Assembly (NCBI RefSeq): GCF_028641065.1
Contig: NC_073415.1
Location: 5,146,001 to 5,210,000, forward strand
DNA length: 64,000 nt
Source of the DNA: Leucoraja erinacea
Taxonomy: Eukaryota
Direction: 5' to 3'
Shown here: in pieces, positions 11,101 through 23,100 of the stretch
How the letters are laid out: each line of letters opens with the position of its first letter
Numbering within the stretch: the stretch's first letter is position 1
Notes under the pieces: generated by a model
Database searches by the model: none
What the model saw: only the letters and a program-made list of their open reading frames with translations
Told to the model about the DNA's origin: nothing
Program-made: the position numbers and the translations under genes

Positions 11101-14100
11101 TCATCCATTCCTTCTCTCCAGAGATGCTGCCTGTCCCTCTGAGTTACTGCAGCATTTTGTGTCTCCCTGGATGGCTGTATGTTTTACAAAGCAAAACAAA
11201 ACTGGTTATGCAAGTTATACTGGAATGGCTGACAATGACATTAACCCTGTGTTTAAGAAAGAACTGCAGATGCTGGAAAAATCGAAGGTTGACAAAAAAT
11301 GCTGGAGAAGGAGTAGGCGATGTTCTGGGTCCCGAAACATCGCCTATTCCTTCTCTCCATAGATGCTGCCTCACCTGCTGCGTTTCTCCAGCATTTTTTG
11401 TCTATCTATGACATTAACCCTTTTCTCCGGTGTAGTTGCTTACTAAAAAAGTTAATTTAAATAAGGGAAAATCTTCTAGCAGAATAAGCACATTTTAAAT
11501 TATATTTTCATGTAAAACTGACTTCTGAACAGACTGCATTCCTGTTGAAATTCTGTTTGGAGAAATGGATTCAAAATCAATTGTGGTAATGGCAGAGGGA
11601 TTTCTCTACTGAGGAAAGTCCTTGTCAGCCCCTTCCTCCCTGTGGCTGAAAAGATTCTCCTTCACCCCTTGAGTAGAGCTGTTCAACCAGATGTATAATT
11701 GATAGTTTCCTCATTATGTGATGCCATCTTAAATCATTGCATTGGACCTTTGCTGACCTGACAAAACCCTTTGATTCTGTAATTTAAGAGGGAACATGAA
11801 GTACATATCTCAGGTTTTGCTGCTGAGCAATTCATGTTAATTCTCCATCTGCTCCACATTGTTATGCAAGTCATGATTTTAACCCCCAGGTTCTGAATGC
11901 ACACTGGTGTCAAGGAAGGTTGTGTTGTCTTCCCAACAATTTTCTCTATTTTTCACGGTGCATTACGTCTCCAGCAAGCTTTGTGCTGCAGTGAACTAAT
12001 TCAGAAGACAAGTAGCAAACTGCAACCCATATCGTCCAATATTAAGGTCACTCTAACCTCGGTCATCAAGCTGCAATGTGCTGACAAAGCTTGCCTGTGC
12101 ACTCAATTGGAAGCCAGGCTCAAAATCGTGACTTGTTTCCCAAAGTGTATGAGAAAATTATCCTTGCACAAAGCATCAGCAAGACAAAGGAGTTGTACAA
12201 CTCGCCATTCTAGAAAATGCTTCCTCTCCACCCAGCCCAAAAAAGACATGCTCTTCTGCACTCTTGTGGCAAGAGATATTTGGGTGGGCAGCAGTGATTT
12301 AAGGTTGTTATCCAGTTCCTGAAAGCTGAAAATCAAGGAGGAACAATCAGGATGACCTCGAGCCTTCTGGAGAATGCTAAAACCATGGGAAAACATCAGA
12401 AACAAGGCGCCACCTCCCATACTATCTATCCATCTCCCGTGTCTTGTACGGAAGATAGACACAAAATGAAGGAGTAACTCAGAGGGACAGGCAGCATCTC
12501 TGGAGAGAAGGAATGGGTGACATTTCACGTCAAGACCCTTCTTCAGACTCGTGTCATATATCTCCACATTGGCCTCATTAGGTACCTTAGAATCCACACA
12601 GCATGTGTGAAAGCTAGTCACCATTAACCTCAAGGGACTGAACAACAGGAAGACATACTTTCATAATGCAATGGTAGTTTGGTTTTGATCTGTCTTTTCG
12701 GCTTTGGAATTGATTAATTTGCCAATATGTAAACGCTGGTTCAAATGTTAAAACAATTGGTTCCTAGAAAGATAGGTTGCCAAATGTGTGCATCTGTTTG
12801 AAAGATTTTTACAATTATCATCTAATTAAATGAAACAATTACACATTTAAAAATATTGTGAACAATAGTAATGTAAATATACACACACATTGGAATATAA
12901 ATGTAACAAATGCAATCACCAAACAGATCCTCTGAATTCTGTTATGGTCATAATGTCCAAGAATGGCATTTGAAAATAGATGGTATGAGTGAACTGTATC
13001 AAAGTATCTTCAATGTTCTGTGTTTACCTTGGGTGTCTAACAACTTTTAAAATTCATTATTTAATGAATCTGTTTTTGCCATGAACATAATCACAAGAAT
13101 AACCTGGATATATCAAAGAAAGAAAGCTTCAATTATTACATTTACATTCCACTGATCATGATTTCTGTCATCTAAAGATTTTACAGCAAATTATACCTTT
13201 GATGTGAAGTTTATCTCTAGTTGTAAGAACGCAGTGACCAGTTTGAGGGGGAAAAGAACATCTGTGAGAAATTGGTGGGATGATCTTTGGCTGAGAGGCA
13301 AATATTGGTGAACACTTTGGGAATAACTACTGAATTCTTGGATGGTGTCATGGAACCCTTTAAGACCATCTGAGATATTATCTGTGAGGTTTAATGATCA
13401 TTCTATTGCACCACGTGTACAAGTAGCTCAAGGTTCTAGCTTTAAGTCAAACTCAAGCACAACATCATGGCTGCAGCAAAGGAATTGCTGTGTTGCTAGA
13501 GTTTTACATTGTGAACAGTTTGTCTGCTGAGTTCCCTGAAATGCAAATGTAGTTACACTTGTAGGTACATTATTGGCTGTAAAATGTTTTGCAAAGTTGT
13601 GGAAGTTGCTTTATAAATTTAGTTTAGTTTAGAGATACACCACGGAAACAGGCCCTTCGGCCCACTGAGTTCGCACCGACCACTGTCCCCACACATTAAC
13701 ACTATCCTACACATTCTAGGGACAATTTACTTATACCAGGCCAATTAACGTATAAACCCTCTACGTCTTTGGAATGTGGGAGGAAACCGAAGATCGGGGA
13801 GAATGTACAAACTCTGCACGGACAGCACCCGTAGTTAAGATTGAACCCGGGTCTACTGGCGCTGTAAGGCAGCAATACCGTTGCGCCACCGTGTGGCCCT
13901 AAAATGCTACATGTCTTTTATCACTGGAGCAAACATTTAGTGAACAACTTTAGTGAATTGTTATTATATTCTGTTCGTCAGCTTGTATCAGAATTAACTT
14001 TTTTTTAAATCTGAAGTAAATCAAAACATTTAAAATGTCTTTCATTTTGTAGGCTCATATGGAAACTGGAACGCTGAATCATCCGGCGCAGGTAAAAATT

Positions 14101-17100
14101 CTCAGTGACACAAAGGGAGAGACTGATGAGGCAAAATAGCTACTCTGGTCCCTTTTTCTTAATTGTTTGCCCCTCCACCAACATTGGAATTATCATTTGA
14201 ACCTGTGGCTGTATTGAAAGGCTTAACAGGTTCTGCATTAAGAATCCTCACACTAATTGATATGCTTGTTCTTTGTTTTTAATGTCAAATATTGTTTCTG
14301 TTACATTGGTGTACTGAACAAAGGATGATAAATTTTTGGGGGCTATGGTAGGCTAGCAAATAGAGAAGAGAAGGGAACCTCACCTTGGCCACATCGTTAA
14401 AACTGGTGACAACTACAACTATACTGCAACATTACTTAATTGGCTGATGCAATGTTGAACATTTGTAATTCATTTAATTTACTTTTGACTTATTTCCAGA
14501 TAGAAATGCTATTGCACTATTTTACAAAGTCAAAATTAGTTACCTATGGGATGGATTTTTATAATGTAAATGATTTTTTTTTTAAAACTAGTATCATCTA
14601 TATCACTTACAAACTGATTTCTATACTGACGACTAGTTTTTCAGTCCAAATATTTGATAATATGATCAATGATTTATTTTTTAGACATAGCCTCCAGCTT
14701 TCAGTCATCTGGCTAATGTTTTTATGAACATTATCTATCAATACATCAATTGTTCTCTATATTGTGAAATTGTTACTAGTATCACTGATAACTTGCAAGC
14801 TCAGTCTATTCTTTTTTTCTTCCTCAGGCTATGATGTCTATGACTACGACTATGGCTATGGACAAGGCTCTGGATCAAACTATGGCTATGGTGGCAAATC
14901 ATGGGACTCGCACAGAGGCAATGCCAGCCATAATTCTGAATCCATTGTTACTAAAATTAACCAACGGTTAGATTTGCTTTCTCGTAACGACAATGACGAA
15001 CAGGAAAGGTATCAAAACTTAGGAATTGCTGTGTATTGGTCAGGAGACTAATCTAGTAGGTGATCATTCTATACTAGTTGAGGTATTTTGAGTTTTATAG
15101 ATTATGCCTCCAAAGTCATTGAGTGAGTCATTACACTTCACTTTTTGTTTCAATGGTGGATACATTGTTCACTCTGTCCTTCTGACATTATTTGCTTATG
15201 TAATTTTGTACATTTACTGTAGATTTAGGTGGTGGACATGAAGGTTAAGTAATTTACCTCTGATTGCTAGTGCTAAAAGGCCGTGAGATAAGCAGTTGCA
15301 GGAATAATGGTTGCGTTTCCTGATACTTGATTCCATTGACTCCTGATGCTTGATTCCATTGACTTTAACCAAACCACATGTCAAGAAGCAATAGCAACGT
15401 AGCCAATACTCACAGTCATCAGTACGAGTTATTAAGCAGAATTTCTTGACCTAAACAGCTTTTGTCTTGTAGCTCTCTGTGGTAGTTTCATTGGCAAGTC
15501 AACATTTGTGGTTTTAAATTGGTTGTAGAGAAATAATTTCAAGATGAATCGAGGCACTATTGTAATTGTTCAAGCCTTGTGCTGAATTGCTGTTTGACTA
15601 ATGCACTTATCAAAGCAGTATATAGCTGTTCAGGTTCAGAGGAAAAGTGAGACAATGGGACTAATAATAATTGCACTGTTGTAACTATTGGGTGAAGGAT
15701 TCCTAATAGATCCCAAGTAGCTTCATTGATAGGTGCCATGTGTTTTATGATTTAAGCAGTTGTGAGATTATTCCTGATCTTGTCTCTGTAGCAGAGTAGC
15801 CTGTGGTCCACTACTGACGTCTTGGTTTTTGGAAAGTGCTTGATATGTCACTGGACTTGAGGTAGCCATATACATGCAAATATAACTGTAAATGTCAATG
15901 AGGGTAAAATTCAGTATAGCAAGGTAACCATTTATCAGGGTTTGCTGAAATAGACATGCAGTTTCTTGAGGGTAAAGTAATGGACACTACCAATTCTTAT
16001 GGAACACTGATTTTGTCAATGACATGGACGGACGTGCTTGTATCGTGCAGTTTGACTTTCCGCGAATTAATTCTTGTGCTACAACTACCATATTTCTATG
16101 TCTGCTACTTTGAAACACGTTGTCTTTAAATACAATTTCTTGTCTCATGAAAGGATAAGAATGCATATCTGCACCGTACAGAACGTCTACATAGCTGGAG
16201 GTTGTTGCAGACATTGAGATGCAAGGGGGTAGAGTAAGGAACTTGCACTCCTTTGGTGGTGTTGAAGTATTTGGATGGGTTGAAGGCTGGATTTGAGCAG
16301 TGGTCATGGATAGTAGAATGTAAGTACAAGATAGACAGTAATTGGTATCTATAAGAGAGTGATTGAGAAGTCTTGGTATGTATACTTGTCCAACAGGAAC
16401 AAACTGCAAGCAGATTATGAGAAAAGGTGGGGAGTACAAATAAGATGTTGGTGGTATGGGGGACCGTACAAGTGGGAGGGGTAATGAAAAGGAACATTCT
16501 AGTTATAGGAGACAACATACTCTGCTCAGTTGCTGCCTGACCTGCTGAGTTCCTCCAGCAATGTCCTTTTGCTCAATAGTCCAGCACCTGCAGTCTCTTG
16601 TGTCTGCTTGAAGACATATTGATTGGCTGTTTAATTCAGCATGGTAAATTACCCTTTATGTTGTGGGCGGTGAGAAAATCAGGGTGAGATTGATCAACAT
16701 GCAGGAGAGAACAGGGGATATGGGGGATTAGATTATTGGGATTGCCCTGAGAGCATTGTATCTGGTCTGAATGGCCTCCTATTATGCCATAAGAATAATT
16801 TCAATCTTAACCATTTTAACCATTTATCTTTCAACCATTATTAGTTGTCTCATTTCTCAGGGACGATGAATAGTGTACAGGTGTAGAGCACATAGGTTAG
16901 CATCTATGAATACTTGTTAACGTTAGGGCATAGTCCACTCTAGAGTTTAGAGTCAATAATGTGGCTTTTAAATTGGTAACAGCCGGATCATTACTGGTCT
17001 ATTATCAGATTCCGTTGCTAATTTAGGAAATATTCTTTGTTTCTTTAAAAAAAAACCCAGTATTCTTGGTCTTTGATTATAGTTCTGACTGTTACTCAGT

Positions 17101-20100
17101 ATGTTCCAGCTACTGACCACATTCCTTACTTGCTGTGCAACTCTTTCAGGTTTGCTCCTTTTGAGTCCTATGACTCCAGGTCTTCATTAGACGACCGCGA
17201 TCTGTTCCGACCTGGCTTCGATTACAGTGAATCTGGACCTTATCGTAATGATTCCTATGGAGGTCGTTTTGACCGCTTTGACAACTTCAACAGGAACCGC
17301 AGGGATAACTTCCGCTACAGAGCACGTGATGGTCCGGGCAAGTTTCGGGGTCAGAACTGGTCTAGAGACTGGGTTCCAAATAACAGGCCTTACCGGAACG
17401 ACCACTTCTCATCATCGAGTACTGAGCGACTGTCGGCGTGCTGGAATGAGATGTCGATGGGAATGGGTGGCAGGGGTTATGCTGCTCCCTCCAGGAACCC
17501 CCCTTCACTCTTCTCCCATGCCTTCACCTCTGGCTATGGGTCATATGGCATGCAAGGAATGGGAAAACAGTTTGGAGGTTACAGACCACGAAGGAGAGAT
17601 TGGAATCGGGGCAGAGGTGTAAGTAAAATACTTGTACTATTTTACAAGGTTGTAAGCAAAAGCATTCAGTTAGGTGAAATTTTAGCAACTCAAAGACTTC
17701 AAATTCCAAATGCCAGGCACAATCCCTTTCTGATCTGTAATTTTTTTTTAAGTAAAATGTAAAGGCTAGTTGAAAGACAAAATAGAAATGGTCAAATATA
17801 CAGAATGGTTCAGAAAATCCAAATAAAAGATTTGTGGGTGCAACGTTAGTTTAATAGAAACAATGCCTACTGTTAGATGAGAACTTAAAAGGTCTGGATA
17901 CAGAATACAAAATTCAAGGCCAGTTGAGAATGTTAGCATGGTAAAATGTTGTTAACACAGAGAATAAATAACAGATATGTATAGCATAGTGGTTGTTGGT
18001 CTCTTTGATATTTGCTTTTCATTTGCATTACATCTATTTCATTGGAAACATATCATGCACAGCTGGAATTTTAAAACAAGTTTTAAGATTCACTGTTCCA
18101 ATTTCTGGGTGTAACGGTTTTGTACGCTTCAGTTAATTTTCATTTAAGTGCTTAGATGTATTCAACCATTTTCACAAACTAGTGGATGACTGGATTACAG
18201 ACAAAAGTTTTGATTTGATTAAACGTGTATGAAATATTAGAATTGGAACATTGTCTCTATTGAATTGTAGAAAGAGATTAGTTGGTTGTTTTGAGCATTT
18301 GCAAGAATTAGAAATGAATCTGGGTTAAAGTTTGAATCCAGAATAGTGATGTGAACAATTTGTGTTCTATGCACCTGAGGAACATGATTTCTTTTAGTTA
18401 ACAGAATCATGTTGACCAATACTGTAATATCTTTGTGACAGAGGAGAGGTAGAGGTGGAATAATAGGTGGAATGAAGAGGAAGCAATCAACTGGAAGCAA
18501 TGATGAACCAGACTTCAAAATGTCAAGAACAGACCAGTCAGATTTATCAGACAGTGAAGAAGGTAACTTTTAAAAATTTGATATTGCACCTTCTTCCTCT
18601 TTGACTTGATTGTCATTCTAGATAAGGAGTTTAGGTAATATTCAACTGTAGAGTTAGTCAAACATCATAAAACTGATTTTAACCAACTTTCATGTAGCAC
18701 TTTCCAATAGTGGTGATAGGCAGCAGTTTGGAACAATTACCTGTCTCTCCCTCTCTGGGAATGGATTTGAGTTCCATTATTTTAATATTTAAAGTATATT
18801 AAGGTTGGAATTTGGGCACGTATTGTGTTGTATGGTGTATTTCCCCAATGTTATAAAACCTGTATTTTTATTTAAAACGTGTAGCAACCTGTAATGCTGA
18901 ACCCAATGTATCTTCCTAAACAGCTACCAGCCAGGATGTCATTTTGAGACTAGCAATTCATGGGTTGTTTTTTTTTTTGCTGTAATATAGCACAAGAAAA
19001 ATCTATGTGATGGTGTTTTTTTTGTTTTTTGTCTTTCCTTCGTTTAAGGATCTTAGCAAATTTTCTTTAGAGTGTTTTTCTTTTTTCTGAAATCTAATGA
19101 TTTGACCAACATGTTAATAAGTATATTAATTGTGTTTTGTATATAGAAGAGAGGGACGCAGATGATGCAGAAGATGCTGAAGATGTTGCTGCAGGTGACG
19201 CAAGTGCTGTGAGTATTTATTGAAGTCTTGAAAATTGTGGCCATTTTAAACAGTAATGATTTCAGTAAGCCAGTGAGTTAGGTTTCTGGAGATACATCTG
19301 GAGAGCTCTAACCAATTTAATATTCGCTGTTATATTGAATTCCCTAATTTTTCTTCACGTCGTATGAAATGGTAAAATGCTAAAGATCAAAGGGGTTTCT
19401 GCTGACCCACAATCATTATTATTTATCTATATATTTTTAATTTATTTCCAGGATCTGGGGAATGCTAGTAAAGCTTTCGATTTATCGCCCTTAACCACTT
19501 GAACCACTGTAGACCTTCAGGTGGAGGGAGGGAGTCCCAGGAATTAGACTCTGTGACAATGAAGGAGAAACTGTATAGTTCCAAGTCTTGATAGTATATG
19601 ACTTGGAAGGGTACCTGCGTGCAGTGGTTTCCTATATACTAACTCAATCAATCAGATTTATTCATCACATACACAATAAAGTGCAGTGAAATGAACTTGC
19701 CAGCAGCGGTACAATCAAAAAGAACACACAATACACAATGGAAATATAACACAAACATCCACCACAGCATTCTTCACTGTGATGGAAGGCATAAAGTACA
19801 GTCAGTCCTCCATTGTTCCCCTGTGGTTGGGGCCATAAACCTCCACAGTCGCCGCTGCGGGCGGCCAGATGCACAGGCCCTCGCAGTCTGGAAGGTAAGT
19901 CCCGAATCGGTGCTTCCCAACCAGAGACCGCGGCTTCAGGGTGACGTAGGCCACAGGCCGGCGGTCGGAGTTCTTTTCCAGGGATCCTCAGCGAGGGATC
20001 CCGCTTGAGGGAGCCTCAAGAGATTTGTTGGTATTGTGGTCATCCAGGCAAGTGAAGAGTGGTCCTTCAAATGTCTGATTTGTGCTTATAGATAGTGGAA

Positions 20101-23100
20101 GGGTCCACCATAATTAATTTTGTTTTTATTCTTTGGTAGTTTAGGGGAGAAATTTAGTTTCATTCAATTATCCTGTAGGGCCTGATTAATGAAATCTCCA
20201 GATAATCTACACTAAATTTCAATTATTCCACATCTGAGCCAGTGTAGGTTTGTAAAAGAAAATGAGGATATTTTTTCAGTGTATCATTTAAATGTTTTTT
20301 TTTTGTATTTAGGGGGTTGAGGATAAAGAATCAAGTGATAGCCCTGAAAAGGAGAAAAAAGAGTCTGCTGAGGGTGAAGATGATGAGTCCAAGAAATGTA
20401 AGAGTACTGGTTTTCTGTTATTTTTTTGCTTGTGTGTATCTGATGGAATCCCTGTGATGCTAACTCCTGTTTTTGTTAGCTGGTGACCTCCAAGAAGAAA
20501 CTAGTGACAGTAAAAAGAAGCAATATATCAAAGAGAAACCAAAGAAGAAGCAGCGAGATCGTATTACAGAAAGGTAATTAGGTTTTGCATTTATACATGT
20601 CCTGTTTGTAAATATTTATTCTAAACGTAAAAGGAAAATATTCCCAAATTACTTGAAGAAACTGTTTTGTGGAATAAGTGGATAGCCGGAACTAATGTTT
20701 TTGCATTATGAGTTGTGGAATTTAAACAGCTCCGTTGTGATTAAACGGTGTACATTTTCATCTTTATAGTGATTTCTTATGAATATTAATGCATTAATTA
20801 TAACCTACTTTAATGACTAAGTAGTTATTTTTACTAGGTTGAGTATTGATTCACTGTTGATAAGAAAATACTATGTATAGAATATCCTGCAGTACGTATC
20901 TAAAACACGCCCAAAGCCTTCCCACTGTCTACAAGGCACAGGAGTGTGATAGAGTACTCTCCAACTACCTTTGGGTTTATTTTTTCATTACCGATGCACA
21001 GCAGCTGCAGTGAGCACCATCTATAAAATTCACAGGCATTACCTGCCTGGGCTGCTCAGGCAGCACTTCTCAAACCTGCAATCTCCAGCACAAAAAGGAC
21101 AAAGCCCAATGTGCATGTGAATACCACTGCCTTCTGATTTCTCTCTCAGTCACTCTCTATCTTCATTTGAGAATAAATTGCCAGTCCTTCATGATTGCTA
21201 TGTCTAAATCATGAAATCCTCAACCTAACAGCACATTGTGTGTGTATGTTCCTTGCCAGAGAAACTGCAGTGTTTAAGACAGCACACCACCACCTTCTTG
21301 TGGACAATTAAAGATAGGTGGTAAATGCTGGCCTTGCTGAATTCTTTTTTTTAAATGTTTAAACCCAAAATGATCTGAACAATGCATTGTTCAGATCATT
21401 TTGGGTTTAAACATTAAAAAAAAAAAAGAATTCAGCAAATGTTTAAACATTTTTTTGTTGCTTTGTTGTTGGTAGGGTTGGTTGGACATAAACTAAGAAA
21501 CTTGATTTTTATTCAAACTGAGATCAATCAACTAAAGGGCCTGTCCCACTTGTGCGTCATTTGCGCGTCACGCCGGTAGCGCGCAAAGATTTTGTGAATC
21601 CCAAAATCCTGGGGCGCTGCCCGCGTCTGCGCCTCACTGCCTACGCCACCATGTCTCACCACGCACCATGCGCGTGTAATGCACGCCATGTGCACGTCAC
21701 AACGCACACGTGACGTGTAAATGATGTCGCGTAAATGGCGTGCAAATAATGCCCAAGTGGGACAGGCCCTTAAGTAAGCACATAGATTTTTGCAAACTTT
21801 GTTTTTTTTTTCATTCAGTGGCCCCTTTAGAGTGAATCTCTTGTCAGGTATAAAAGCAAATCTCAGTTTGAACTCAATTTGAAGCTTCGATAATTAGCAT
21901 AAATTAGCACATTACAGGAAAGATATGAATGCAATGGAAACTTGTGAAAGAGTTGCCATGGATGGAATATTACATCTGTGTATAAAAGAGGAAAGATTGG
22001 ATAAGCTAGTTATTTTCTAAGCAGTAAAGGAGGCTGAATAGTGTGTGGGGGGTTGAACGAAGAATGGGTGATGGTAGTGATTTAACTTAAAGTCGTTAAC
22101 AGATGAATTGGACGGCAGAAAAGGAATATGTTTCCAGCCAGAGGTAGTGAGAATTTAGAACTCACTGCCTGAAATGGTGGGAGAGGTAGAAATCATCATC
22201 ATACTGTGGATGTGTGCATGATGTCCTGTGTCTTGCATGGTTTTAGGTCCAGTATGGGAAGATGGGGAAGGGCTGTGTAATTCTTTTGTACCTATGATAT
22301 AGAAATTATGGACTGGATGACTTTCTATGGTTCTCTGGAACGAATTAGCAGACTTGTGAGGTTACTTTGCATTTAAGTTTCAGCTCTGCAGTTGAATACA
22401 GGACAGTGTCTGCATCTTTTCCACCACTAACCAAACTTTGTTATTTCAGGATAATGTACGTCTGCTCAGTTTGCAAGTTTCGCACCTTTGATGATGATGA
22501 AATTTTCCCTCACTTGGAAAGTAAATTCCATAAGGAAAACTTCAAATTCATTGGGACCAAGCTTCCCAAACAAACTGCTGACTTTTTGCATGTAGGTTAA
22601 CTTTGTATTTAAACATAATGTTTTTCTTAAACTTTTATTAGTACAATGTAAACTAGATGTACGTTGTGAGATTCCCTGACTCAATATCTTGAGTGGGGAA
22701 CGTTGGCTTATTTTTTCAGTTGCTGTAATGATGCACGGTATTGAACTAATAGCCTCTGATGATGTTTTGTACAAGTTGTACGGTTGCCATTCACCCTGTA
22801 GAAACTGAGACATATTCTGTTGCTTTACCGAAGGTATCTGTTGTTTCAATATTCTGTAAATGCAACATACCTGTTAACAGATATTTTGAATATGACTTTG
22901 GGCATGCATCTCCATTGTGAAGTGTAGCCATTTTGACTGGCTATTTCAGTCTGGTGTCCCATCTGAAGGACAGGCATGATCCTCTGAGTTCTTTCCCAGG
23001 GAATTTCAATTATTGCTGGGATCTTGTGTTGCCAGCCTATAATTTTCCTTTCAATTAAAATAGGGAAGTACATATAGTAAATTGTAGCTTTATTTAATCA

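Noticed and set aside
15223-15243. Possible 21-bp AKAP8 micro-exon (tgtag|..GAAG|gttaag)
   Set aside because: In the required phase it contains TGA, and the donor is weak; exons 3 and 4 join in frame without it.
15318-15363. 23-bp tandem duplication in an intron
   Set aside because: Ordinary slippage-type duplication with no sign of function.
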